A DNA stretch of 64,000 bases from Dehalococcoidia bacterium (GTDB lineage: Bacteria; Chloroflexota; Dehalococcoidia; Plut-88900): the NCBI GenBank assembly GCA_965197585.1, contig OZ240215.1, positions 1,536,001-1,600,000 on the forward strand. Direction: 5' to 3'. The notes below the pieces were generated by a model. It saw nothing but the letters and a program-made list of their open reading frames with translations, ran no database searches and was not told the origin of the DNA. Below, piece by piece: positions 1 to 9,275 of the stretch. The translations under genes were made by a program, and so were the position numbers. The stretch's first letter is position 1. Every line of letters begins with the position of its first letter.

Positions 1-59
1 GCTCCTCCTTAGGCAGGTCTATTCCCCTGCGTTGCCTTGTTCGTTCTTGGTAGTCGAGG

Positions 60-1541
60 CTAGTCTTTGAGTTCTAGGGTCGTGACACTGCCCGTCGAAA
101 GGGTAGCAACCCTGATTGCGTGATTGTTCGTGTCGGCAATGTACATCTTGCCGTTCGCAATGGCCAAACCTTCCGGCTCATAGAAGAGGGCCGCTCTGGC
201 GGGTCCGTCCTCGAACCCCGTGTCCCCCAGCCCCGTGAAGCTCACGACAGCCTGGGTTAGAGGCTCGATCCGCTTGATCTTGTTGTTGTAGGTGTCCGTC
301 ACGTACAGCATCCCCTCGTGCCAGCACACACCCTGCACGTGCTGAAGAAGTGCCCTGTCCCCGACTCCATCCTTGTCCCCGAAGTCGAACAGGCCCGTTC
401 CCACAACCGTGCTCACCTTCCCCGATTCTCCTCGAGTTGCCGTGCGCACTGCGCTAGTCTCACTGTCCGCGAAGTAGATCGTATCGCCGTCAGTGTCTAT
501 TCCCGTCGGCTGGGCCAGCATAGCGTTGCGGAGAGACCCATCCTTGATGCCCTCCCTGCCGCTTCCGGCAAATGGTCCCACGTACCCGGACTCCAGGTGC
601 ATCACCCAAAGCTGGTGGAACCCCGCCATAGCGATGTAGAGCATCCCGTCCAGGCAGGTCAGGTCCCACGGCGAGTTCAAGGCTACCGACCCCACACCCC
701 CATCGTGGAACATCCGCGCCTGCTCACCCGTCCCGGCTATCGTCTCCACCCGACGCTCCCGCAGGTCTATGCGACGGATGGCGTGGTTCTCCGTATCAGC
801 CACGTACAAACTGTCGCCCGACAGGGTCAGACCATGAGGATGGTGGAATTTCGCATCGGCGTATTCACCATCCTCCAGCCCCACGTCCCCACCCCCGATC
901 ACGTCCAAGATCTTCCCATCCAGGGAAATCGAGAGCACTCGGTTGTGGTTGGAGTCAGACACGAAAAGCCGAGACCCCTTCTCATCGGCGATGATCTTGC
1001 TCGGGAACGAGAGCGTTCCGCCCTCCTCCTTGTGCGCCGAAAGCCCTGGTATCGGGGTTCGGTCCAGCGTACCCCTCGCCTCAAACTCGGTAATCATGTC
1101 CCGGATCACCCTGTCGAAAGCATCGAAGGTAATCTCCCCCTCGTGCCTTCCCAAAATGTTCCCCTCAGGGTCGACCACGTAAAGCGTCGGCCAAGCCCTC
1201 GCTGAGTACTGGCTCCACACCCGGAAGTCCTTGTCGTTCACCACCGGGTGCTCCAGCTCGAATCGCCGGATCGCCTTCTCGATGTTGGCTGTGTCCTTCT
1301 CTGAGGTGAATTTGGCAGAGTGGACGCCCACCACCACCAGCTCCTCCTGGTATTTCTCTTCAAGTTTCCGCAACTGCGGAAATATGTGCATGCAGTTAAC
1401 TCAGCAGTATGTCCAGAAGTCCAGGATGACTATCTTGCCCTTCAGGTCCTCCATGCTCAAAGGGCGCTCGACGTTCAGCCAGTCGATGTCCCTCGGAAAA
1501 TCCGGGGCCTTTACGCTGCCTACCATAGTCTGTTGTGCCAT
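60..1541 (-). CDS. Thioredoxin-like domain + NHL-repeat beta-propeller protein (NHLRC2/SOQ1-like), predicted selenoprotein (Sec TGA at 1401-1403)
   Basis: The frame continues upstream of the 443-aa ORF as [15 protein letters not shown]...[24 protein letters not shown], matching the family motif DFWTYCCINC. GAGGAG RBS precedes the ATG at 1541. NHL repeats ([22 protein letters not shown]) follow. Confidence 0.9.
1365..1382 (-). promoter_or_regulatory. Putative bacterial SECIS hairpin
   Basis: TTTCCGC-AGTT-GCGGAAA starts 19 nt downstream of the in-frame TGA, with G at the 2nd loop position. Confidence 0.6.
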
Positions 1542-1591
1542 TACGGATTACTCCTCAGTTTTCCAAAGCGTCCCGATATCCGTTCGACTCA

Positions 1592-2572
1592 CTACCCGGT
1601 TACCCTGATCACCCACACGGCGGGAAGGCCGCTAGCAATTTGTTCCCAGCTGTCTCCCTCGTCCTCGCTCGCGAACAATTCCCCGTCAGTTGTGCCGGCG
1701 TAGACAGCGCCCGGTGTAACAGGGTCTGCAACCAGTCCCCTCACCATTGCATGGAGCCTGTCCGGCAACCCGTTCCCGAGCCTCTCCCAATTTGAGCCCG
1801 CATCTCGGCTCCTGTAGATCCGCGCCAGCGCTCCACCCGGCCCTCCGAAGGTTGTCGGGTTGTCCGCCGCTGCTCCTATGTACAGCAGATTGGGGTCGCG
1901 GCTGTCCAAGACGATGGGGTGAGTATATGGGTTGTCCATTCCACCCTGCAGGTGTTCCCAGTTCCGTGCCCCGTCCGTCGAGCGATAGAAACCGTCGCCC
2001 GTCGTGGAGTACATCACTTTCGAGTCCCGCGGATGGGAAAGGATATAGTGAATGTCTTCGTAGATGCCTTCGCCGTAGCTCTCCCACGTATCGCCGCCGT
2101 CCCGGCTCCGAATGAGTCCCCCCACCTCCACACCAGCGAACACCGTGTCCGGCTCATCCGCCACAAAGTCGAAGGTGCGAACATGGGAGATGAAGGGAGG
2201 TGCGGGGAACGACCACGTCGGGTAGGAAGGCAGATCTTTCACCGCCTTCAGCTCGACCCAGTTTTCACCCCCGTCCCGGCTCCTGAACACCGCCGCGGGC
2301 TCTGTGCCAGCAAACACGGTTCTTGTTTGATGAGGCGAGACGCCCAAACCTCTGATATCTCCCTCCAAACCCTGGGACCAAGGCCCGGATGGCGAGTCGG
2401 CCCAATAAACCCCGTCTCCCGTCACCCCCGCATATAGCCGCCCCGAGGCATCTATCTCCAGCTTCTGCACCCATTTCCCGTCCAACGACTCAGCGGACTT
2501 GGCCCACGCCCCGTTCTCTTTCTCCAACACAAGGAGTCCCGCATCCGTGCCCACCAACAACTTCTTACTCAT
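1592..2572 (-). CDS. BNR/Asp-box repeat beta-propeller protein (WD40/YVTN/BNR-like)
   Basis: Repeated S-x-D-G-G-x-x-W Asp-box motifs; AGGAGG RBS. Confidence 0.8.
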   Translation of the reverse strand: MSKKLLVGTDAGLLVLEKENGAWAKSAESLDGKWVQKLEIDASGRLYAGVTGDGVYWADSPSGPWSQGLEGDIRGLGVSPHQTRTVFAGTEPAAVFRSRDGGENWVELKAVKDLPSYPTWSFPAPPFISHVRTFDFVADEPDTVFAGVEVGGLIRSRDGGDTWESYGEGIYEDIHYILSHPRDSKVMYSTTGDGFYRSTDGARNWEHLQGGMDNPYTHPIVLDSRDPNLLYIGAAADNPTTFGGPGGALARIYRSRDAGSNWERLGNGLPDRLHAMVRGLVADPVTPGAVYAGTTDGELFASEDEGDSWEQIASGLPAVWVIRVTG

Positions 2573-2660
2573 GCCTCACCTCCTGTTAGCTAGGTTCCTC
2601 CGTCGACCCGTTCACCCCAGTGCAACTACATTATCCCCTTTACGTGATGTACACAGCAAA

Positions 2661-2966
2661 TCACACTCTTTCCCTAGTCGCGACCCGCGACCTCGCTCTC
2701 TCAATCAGCCGACCACTCAAATACTTGTGAATCACGCTGGAAAGCAGTGTCTGATACGGGATACCTTCCTCCCTCGCCCGAGCATGGGCCAGATTGAAGT
2801 CGCGCTCCGTCACCCGAAGATTCACCCTTTTGGTCTTGTTGAACGTATTTCGTGCGGCCTCTCGGGCCCATTGTATTTCCTTCTCCTCATTGGCAACGGG
2901 CCGCAACTCTCCCCGCTCAAATCGCTCTAGTATGTCAAGCTCTTCTTCAGTCATTCTGTCCTTCAT
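2661..2966 (-). CDS. BrnA/CopG-like ribbon-helix-helix antitoxin
   Basis: RVNLRV...AREEGIPYQTLLSSVIHKY motif; ATGA overlap with the upstream toxin. Confidence 0.8.
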   Translation of the reverse strand: MKDRMTEEELDILERFERGELRPVANEEKEIQWAREAARNTFNKTKRVNLRVTERDFNLAHARAREEGIPYQTLLSSVIHKYLSGRLIERARSRVATRERV

Positions 2967-3247
2967 TTTGTCCTCCTCCTTCGCCTTCTCGTCTCCCTGC
3001 TACTAGGGATTATCGTTTTAAGGAACGCACTCCCATCTTCTTGTCTCACAAATGGCACTAGATAAACATGCGCGTTCATTTCAACAACGTAGATTTGTTG
3101 CCCAGGATATCGAGCCTGGTTCGGGTGGTCCCGCACTGCCAATTGACCACCCAGTTCTAATGATGACACGATATGCTCGAATGATACTCCCCTCTGCTCG
3201 ATTAGTTGTTGATTCTTTTCTTCGTTCCATTCAAACCCTGAGTGCAT
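2963..3247 (-). CDS. BrnT-family toxin (type II TA)
   Basis: FEWNEEKN...RGVSFE N-terminus and ...FLKTIIPS C-terminus; toxin-first order. Confidence 0.8.
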   Translation of the reverse strand: MHSGFEWNEEKNQQLIEQRGVSFEHIVSSLELGGQLAVRDHPNQARYPGQQIYVVEMNAHVYLVPFVRQEDGSAFLKTIIPSSRETRRRRRRTK

Positions 3248-3385
3248 AGTGCAATAATCGCACTATGTGTGCATTTTGGCAACACCACATCAGACATTCA
3301 AGAACAAGTCATTGGGAGAACTGGCCCGATGTTTTTCCCTTGCCGTAAGGCTATTTTTGAAGTGGAGTGCCCCCACCCCTACCCC

Positions 3386-4558
3386 CTACCCCAGATACTC
3401 CAGCGCCGCCTCCGTCATCACTTTCAACCCGACCTCCAGCGCCCGCTCATCGAAACCAAACGTCCCGCTGTGATGGGGCCCGTATCCCCCCTCCTCATCC
3501 CCACCCCCGACAATGAAGTAGCACCCAGGCACTTCCTTCTGGAAGTAGGCCATGTCATCGCCGCCCATTGATGGTTCGCAGTCGATTACGTTTTCAGCTC
3601 CAATGGCCCGAGTCGCGGCACTGCGGACCAGGGCCGTCATTGCGGGTTCGTTCATGACCACCGGGCTCTGATAAATGTCCTCGAACGTGTACGACGCTCC
3701 CGCCGCGGCCGTAATACCGCTCAGCACTTCTTCAATACGACCCATAACCCTGTCCCGCGTCCCGTCATCAAAGGCCCGCACCGTGCCCTTTAGCTCGACC
3801 TCCTCAGGGATTATGTTGAACGCCGTCCCGCCCCTAATCATCCCGATGCTCAGCACCGCCGCTTCCAGGGCCCCTACGTTCCGACCCACTATCTGATGTA
3901 GCGCACTCACTGTCTGCCCCGCGACCAATATCGGGTCGATCAACGACTCCGGGTGGGCCGCGTGACCGCCGGTCCCCTGGATTCTGATTGTGAACTCGTC
4001 CACGCTGGCAAACATGCCCCCCACCCTAACCCCCACCCTGCCGGCTTCAAGCCCATTGATGATGTGAAGGGCCAGGGCCGCATCGACTTTCGGGTCCTCC
4101 AGCGCGCCCGACTCTATCATCCCCAGGGCCCCGCCCGCGGTCTCCTCCGCCGGCTGGAAAGCGAACTTAACGTTCCTCTTAAGCTTTCCCCTCATCCCCG
4201 CCAACACCGACGCCACTGACATAGCCACGGCTACGTGTCCGTCGTGGCCTCAGGCATGCATCTTCCCCGGCTCACGAGAGCAATAGTCCGCATCGTTGTC
4301 CTCCTCGACAGGCAAAGCGTCCATGTCCGCCCTAATGAGCAACGTCTTCCCACCCGACCCCCCTCTCAGCAGTCCTGTAACCCCCGTACCCCCCACCCCA
4401 GTCTTCACCTCCAGCCCCAGTTCCCTTAACCCATCTGCCACCATCCCCGCCGTCCTCTCCTCCTCGAAAGACAACTCCGGGTGGCTGTGAATGTCCCTCC
4501 GAAGTGCCACCATTGAGGGTATAACTTTCTCGTATGCGTGGCTCAGGTCTAGCGTCAT
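3386..4558 (-). CDS. M20D amidohydrolase (YxeP/ILR1/hippuricase-like), predicted selenoprotein (Sec TGA at 4250-4252)
   Basis: ORFs 4250..4594 and 3386..4228 are in one frame, joined by ...RADMDALP...GKMHA-TGA-GHDGHVAVAMS...FQPAEE (family motif MHACGHD). AAGGAG RBS precedes the ATG at 4558. Confidence 0.9.
4212..4248 (-). promoter_or_regulatory. Putative bacterial SECIS hairpin
   Basis: GCCAC...ACGTAGC-CGTG-GCTATGT...GTGGC directly 3' of the TGA; apical loop about 21 nt from UGA with G at position 2. Confidence 0.65.
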
Positions 4559-4652
4559 GGAAATTCTCCTTGAATATGGACTGGTGCAGCCCAAGGCTAA
4601 GCGGATTCTATATCACGCCCCGAGCCCCATCCAATACCCCCACCCCACCCCT

Positions 4653-4723
4653 CTATGGAGGCAACCCTTGTGGTTATCCTGCCTGTTCCCTCCGCAATTC
4701 CCGCGCACCGACACGGGAATCCA
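4653..4723. repeat. REP-like palindromes (GGCAACCCTTGTGGTTATCC; ATTCCC...GGGAATCCA)
   Basis: Short imperfect inverted repeats in the intergenic region; the second resembles copies near 40215 and 41016. Confidence 0.5.
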
Positions 4724-4989
4724 GAAATGGCCTACTCGCGTTGGCTTTGCTTTGTGACATCAGCCCCTTGCCCCACCCCACACCTCATCCTCCATAATGC
4801 TCCCATGCCCACGCACATTTCCTTCCCCTCCCATCGGTATCCTTTCCCTCGGGAAAACGCGTGTAGAAACGTTTTCTTTCCGCAGATCAATCAAAGCAGG
4901 CACGAGTTTTGATTGTAACAATCAAAACTTCCCATTTTGACCAGATGCGAGTCCCGTCCATAGCCCTCTCCACCTGCGCCCCCCGCCCC

Positions 4990-5018
4990 TTGACCCCCGA
5001 CCATGTGCGCGGTAATCT
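4990..5018 (+). promoter_or_regulatory. Sigma70-type promoter for the HesB/IscA gene
   Basis: TTGACC-17 bp-TAATCT, 40 bp upstream of the ATG; CAGGAG RBS. Confidence 0.6.
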
Positions 5019-5058
5019 ATTTCTAGGTATTCGCTAGACAGCAAGTCAGGAGAACCAA

Positions 5059-5400
5059 ATGGTAAGCCTAACCCCTCTGGCCCTTGAAAAAGTCAAGGAG
5101 TTCATCGCCGAGCAGAGCGAAGAAGAAATCTCGCTTCGCGTCATGATCGCCGGCATGGGCTGCGGCGGACCCCAGTACATGATGTCCCTGGACAACGAAA
5201 TCTCCGCCGAGGACCTCACCGTTGAGCAAGACGGCTTGACCGTTGTCTACGACCCCGAGAGCGCTCCCATGCTTGACGGCTCACAGATCGACTACATCGA
5301 GACTCTGGAGCGCTCCGGCTTCACCGTCAACAACCCCAACTTCCAGAGCGGTGGCGGAGGCGGCTGCGGTGGCAACTGCGCCTGCGGCCGAGGCGGCTAA
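5059..5400 (+). CDS. HesB/IscA/ErpA A-type Fe-S cluster assembly protein
   Basis: LRV..GMGCGGPQY, IDYIE..GFTVNNPN and a Cys-rich C-terminus. Confidence 0.9.
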   Translation: MVSLTPLALEKVKEFIAEQSEEEISLRVMIAGMGCGGPQYMMSLDNEISAEDLTVEQDGLTVVYDPESAPMLDGSQIDYIETLERSGFTVNNPNFQSGGGGGCGGNCACGRGG

Positions 5401-5434
5401 TCCCCGACCTCACATAATCGGCCTTGACGAAAAC

Positions 5435-5464
5435 GGGCCCGCCGAATGGCGGGCCCTTTCTTTT
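5435..5464 (+). terminator. Rho-independent terminator
   Basis: GGGCCCGCC-GAAT-GGCGGGCCC followed by TTTCTTTT. Confidence 0.8.
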
Positions 5465-5517
5465 GATTGTGCATTAGTGTTATATTGGCATCATACCGCA
5501 GTCAAAAAGGAGTTACA

Positions 5518-5760
5518 ATGGCTGTAAATCTCTCCATTAGAGAAGTTCCCGACGATTGGGCTGAAAAGCTGAAAGAAAGGGCAAGGCGCAACCACCGCTC
5601 GCAGCAGGGAGAACTGCTTGCAATACTTGAAGAAGCCCTCAGACCCGGACGCCTATCTATAGAAGAGGTTCACCAAAAGATTCAAAGTATGCATTTACGC
5701 ACACCCGATGAATCTACCCAATGGATAAGGGAAGATCGAGATGCCGGGTATAGTAGCTGA
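5518..5760 (+). CDS. FitA/Arc-like ribbon-helix-helix antitoxin
   Basis: NLSIREVPD...LKERARRNHRS.QGELLAILEEA; AAGGAG RBS; overlaps the PIN toxin. Confidence 0.8.
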   Translation: MAVNLSIREVPDDWAEKLKERARRNHRSQQGELLAILEEALRPGRLSIEEVHQKIQSMHLRTPDESTQWIREDRDAGYSS

Positions 5761-6124
5761 TGCATCCGTCCTAGCCGCAATTGCCTTCGGAGAACCCAAT
5801 AGGTTGCAAGCACTTGCCCTCGTATCGGGCCATGAGATTCATGCTCCGTCCCTCATGGCATTTGAGATGGCCAACATTGCTTGGAAGAAGATTCTTAGAA
5901 ACCCTTCTCAACATCTGACTACATCAAAAGGGCTAGATGCGATGCTCAGCGGAGCTATCTATTGGACTAAAGTGGACTTCAATAAGACCCTCGAATTAGC
6001 CCTCGAGACTGGACTGACCGCCTACGACGCCAGTTGCCTCTACCTGGCTCAGACCCTCGGCATGCCGATAGCCACCTTCGACAGGAAATTGAGCTCCACA
6101 GCCCAGGCCCGAGGCATCTTCTAG
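5741..6124 (+). CDS. vapC: VapC/PIN-domain toxin
   Basis: VADASVL, E.AN, LTAYDASCL.LA and TFD PIN motifs. Confidence 0.85.
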   Translation: MPGIVADASVLAAIAFGEPNRLQALALVSGHEIHAPSLMAFEMANIAWKKILRNPSQHLTTSKGLDAMLSGAIYWTKVDFNKTLELALETGLTAYDASCLYLAQTLGMPIATFDRKLSSTAQARGIF

Positions 6125-6139
6125 CCCCCCACCCGACCC

Positions 6140-8152
6140 CTATGGCCGGATCCGCGTCCTCTTATGGTTTATGTAGTCCACCAGGATGTACTCGCCTAGC
6201 CGGTCCGCAGTCGTGAAGAACGCCCGACCCTTGTTTATCTTCGTCACCTGTTCCATGAAGTCGATCAGGTAGTAGCTCGTGTCCAGCATGAAGATGTTGA
6301 GGGTTATCCTCTCCTTGGTGCAGCGCCTCACCTCCTGCAGGGTGGCCTGCACCGTAGCGAGACTCGGCGGCCAGGCAAAGTAGGGGTACCCTTGCTCCAT
6401 GTGGGCCGTCGGCTCTCCGTCGGTGACCATGATGATCTGCTTGTTTTCACATTTGCGCTTTGCCAGGTACTCGCGCGCTAGCTGTAAACCGTGTTGCATG
6501 TTGGTGCCGGGCGCACTATCGCTCGCTCCCGCCTCCGGCAGGTCCCGAGCCAATATCTCCTTCGCCATCAACGAAAACCCGATTATGTGAAAATCGTCCT
6601 TCGGGTACTGCCCCGATATCAGGCTGTGCATCGCCAAAGCCACCTTCTTAGCCCCGAAGAAGTCCCCGCTCATATCCATGGACCGGCTCTGGTCCAGCAG
6701 CAAGACCGTCGCACTCCGAGTTTGGTGCTCGGGCTTGTAAATCTCCAGGTCTTCTGGGGACATGTTCACCGGGATCCCCGGCCCCGACCTCTCCACCGCA
6801 TTCAGTATCGTCCGCGGGATATTAAGCCGGAACGGGTCCCCAAACTCGTAGGTTTTCGTTTCCTGCACGTCTTCCAACCCGATCCCACTCCGCTGGGTCT
6901 CGTGGGCCGCGCGCCGGTCCTTTTTCATGTGTCCGAATATATCCCTCAAAGCCTTCTGCCCGATCCTACGCAACCCCTTCGGCGAAAGCTCCATCCGGCC
7001 GTCCTTGAACCGCAGATAGCCCGCCTCTTCCAGTTCCCGGGCCAGTTCCCTCAGCGCTTCAATGTCATCCTCCGCCTCCTGTCCCAACACCTCATTCAGC
7101 TTCTTCGTATCGATCCCCTCCAGCCCCCGGCTAGCCTGCGCCTTACGCAGCTGCGCCTCCAGCTCTTCCATCTTCTGGAGCTTGGACATCACCTCCATCG
7201 CCTGGTCCCAGCTGAGTTCCTCTTCACCCTCAAATGGGAAGCCGCTCCTGCGTCTCCGCGTGGGGTGCAGGGCCTCCAGGTTCTCTGCGAGGCTCGCCAT
7301 CAGGTCCGCCAAGTCGGGGTCCGTGAGTTGAGACTGCATCATCTGCTCCAACGACTCCCGCGCCTCGTCCGACAAGCTGTTCATCAACGACTGCATCTGC
7401 GAAATCCGTCTCTGCAGCTCTTCTATGAACTCTTCCAGGGTGTCGGGCATATCGGGGAAAGCCCCGCCGTAGCGCTGCTTGAACTCGTCATATCCCGAGT
7501 CGAGCCCCATGCGTTGTCTTTCGAGCATTTCATTCAAGTCGGAGAGCATCTGCTTGATCGCATCCATCTCCCCCTGGCCCATATTGCTCATCCGCTCCGC
7601 CATGTCCCGAGCGTAAGGATCTAGCATCTTCTGGCGCAGCATATCCAGCAGTTTCTGGAACTCTTCCCGCGCCTCTTCGTCGAAGAACTCGTAGTCCATC
7701 AGCTCCTTGAACATGCCGCCGGGGCTTTCAGGAAGGCCGTCAAGCGTGTCCTTCTTGCGCTGCACCATCCGCTCCAGCATTTCCTGCATCCCCTCCCCGG
7801 GCCCCTCCTCGGTCCCGGCGCGTGCATCCTCCAGCCGCTTCTCCAGCCCTCGCCTCTCCATGCTGACAATCTGGTCGAGCTTCTCTTTCAGATCGTCCAT
7901 CATCGAATCGAGATCGTACTGCTTAAGCTGCTTTTCCTTCTCCCGACGAAGCTGGTTTATCAGGTCTCGCAGTCCCTGCAGCCGCATCCCTTGCCGGGTC
8001 TGCATCCCCCTTTCCATCAGCCGTTGCATCGCCGACTCCAGGTTGCCATAGGCTAGAACGTCCTTCGTCAGCTCATCCAGCAGCTCTTCGGCAGACGCCT
8101 TGAACGGCTCCTGTGTCCCGTCCCACTTCGAATACCTGTATCGAATGCTCAA
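6140..8152 (-). CDS. VWA domain-containing protein (partner of MoxR/chelatase-type AAA ATPase)
   Basis: RYRYSKWDG N-terminus, helical middle, MIDAS motif DQSRSM and VTDGEPTAH. Confidence 0.85.
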   Translation of the reverse strand: MSIRYRYSKWDGTQEPFKASAEELLDELTKDVLAYGNLESAMQRLMERGMQTRQGMRLQGLRDLINQLRREKEKQLKQYDLDSMMDDLKEKLDQIVSMERRGLEKRLEDARAGTEEGPGEGMQEMLERMVQRKKDTLDGLPESPGGMFKELMDYEFFDEEAREEFQKLLDMLRQKMLDPYARDMAERMSNMGQGEMDAIKQMLSDLNEMLERQRMGLDSGYDEFKQRYGGAFPDMPDTLEEFIEELQRRISQMQSLMNSLSDEARESLEQMMQSQLTDPDLADLMASLAENLEALHPTRRRRSGFPFEGEEELSWDQAMEVMSKLQKMEELEAQLRKAQASRGLEGIDTKKLNEVLGQEAEDDIEALRELARELEEAGYLRFKDGRMELSPKGLRRIGQKALRDIFGHMKKDRRAAHETQRSGIGLEDVQETKTYEFGDPFRLNIPRTILNAVERSGPGIPVNMSPEDLEIYKPEHQTRSATVLLLDQSRSMDMSGDFFGAKKVALAMHSLISGQYPKDDFHIIGFSLMAKEILARDLPEAGASDSAPGTNMQHGLQLAREYLAKRKCENKQIIMVTDGEPTAHMEQGYPYFAWPPSLATVQATLQEVRRCTKERITLNIFMLDTSYYLIDFMEQVTKINKGRAFFTTADRLGEYILVDYINHKRTRIRP

Positions 8153-8198
8153 ACCATCACCTGTTAGCTACCATGCTTTACTGTGGCCCTCTCAGCGG

Positions 8199-9119
8199 TC
8201 AAGACCGGAAGGAATCGACCGTTCGACTCAATCCCTCTTCCAGCGACACCGTAGGCTCCCACCCCAACACCCGACGCGCTTTTTCGGTGTTTAGGACTAT
8301 CTTGAACACCTCGCCCTCGCTCAATGTCCTGTACTGGGGACTGAGCGAGTTGCCCGTCAGTCTGTCCAAATGACTGAATATCTCTTTCACTGAAGTCCCA
8401 ACCCCGGACCCGAGGTTGAACGCTTCGTCCTCCCCGGCGCTCAGGGAGATGACGTTGGCCCGAGCCACGTCCTGAACGTACAGGAAGTCCCGTTCCTGTT
8501 CGCCTGTGCCGTTGATCGTGACCCGTTCATTCTTCAACATCTTGCCCGCGAATATTGCAACTACTCCGGCCTCACCGCCGGGGTTCTGCCGTGGCCCGTA
8601 TACGTTGGCGTAGCGCAATGCCGTATACCTCAGGCCGTACAAACTCCGGTAAATGGGCAGGTACAGTTCAACCGCTGCCTTTGCTGCCCCATAGGGGGCC
8701 AAAGGCTGGATTGGGTGGCTTTCGTCGCATGGCAGGGATATTGGCTCTCCGTAGATAGCCCCTCCGCTCGAGGAGAAGACTATCTTTTCAACGTCGTTAT
8801 TGCGGCATTCCTCAAGGACGTTCAGAGAACCCATTATGTTCTCGTCGGCGTCCACCAGGGGCCCGCGTATCGACTTAGTTATGCTAGCCTGCGCCGCCAG
8901 ATGACAGACGAACCTCGGCTTATGCTCCTGAAATATACGTGCCAGGCCCGGGTCCCGAAGGTCTGCTTCCAGGACCAGGACGTCGGGGTTGACGTTCCCC
9001 CTGTTGCCCGTGACGAGGCTGTCTATGACCACAACCTCGTAGCCCTCTCCAAGCATCGCATCAGCAACGTGGGAGCCGATGAATCCCGCTCCCCCTGTCA
9101 CCAGAACCTTGTCAGCCAT
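8199..9119 (-). CDS. NAD-dependent epimerase/dehydratase (UDP-glucose 4-epimerase-like)
   Basis: GGAGFIGSH, YGAAK and RYANVYGPRQ motifs. Confidence 0.9.
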   Translation of the reverse strand: MADKVLVTGGAGFIGSHVADAMLGEGYEVVVIDSLVTGNRGNVNPDVLVLEADLRDPGLARIFQEHKPRFVCHLAAQASITKSIRGPLVDADENIMGSLNVLEECRNNDVEKIVFSSSGGAIYGEPISLPCDESHPIQPLAPYGAAKAAVELYLPIYRSLYGLRYTALRYANVYGPRQNPGGEAGVVAIFAGKMLKNERVTINGTGEQERDFLYVQDVARANVISLSAGEDEAFNLGSGVGTSVKEIFSHLDRLTGNSLSPQYRTLSEGEVFKIVLNTEKARRVLGWEPTVSLEEGLSRTVDSFRS

Positions 9120-9203
9120 GCCCCTTTTCCCAGCTACTACTCACTTCCCGATGTAAAGACCCTTGCACCACAATGCCGAACATCTACTGGGGTGGTGTCT
9201 CGT

Positions 9204-9241
9204 CCCCTCTCCCTCGATGGGAGAGGGCTAGGGTGAGGGTG
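9204..9241. repeat. REP-like family A (CCCTCTCCC-N-GGGAGAGGG..GGGTGAGGGT)
   Basis: Palindrome recurring at about 33774-33812, 39082-39140, 54805-54844 and 62214-62265. Confidence 0.75.
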
Positions 9242-9275
9242 ATTCGATTCTTACGAAAGCTGTTAAGCACAATTC

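Noticed and set aside
318-1205. Long antisense ORFs (e.g. 318-1205, 6491-7624, 21982-22893, 23550-24608, 45825-46988)
   Set aside because: Shadow frames of well-supported genes in GC-rich DNA, with no recognisable motifs.
5059-5400. HesB-like selenoprotein
   Set aside because: The family includes Sec members, but this copy has TGC (GMGCGG) and no in-frame TGA.
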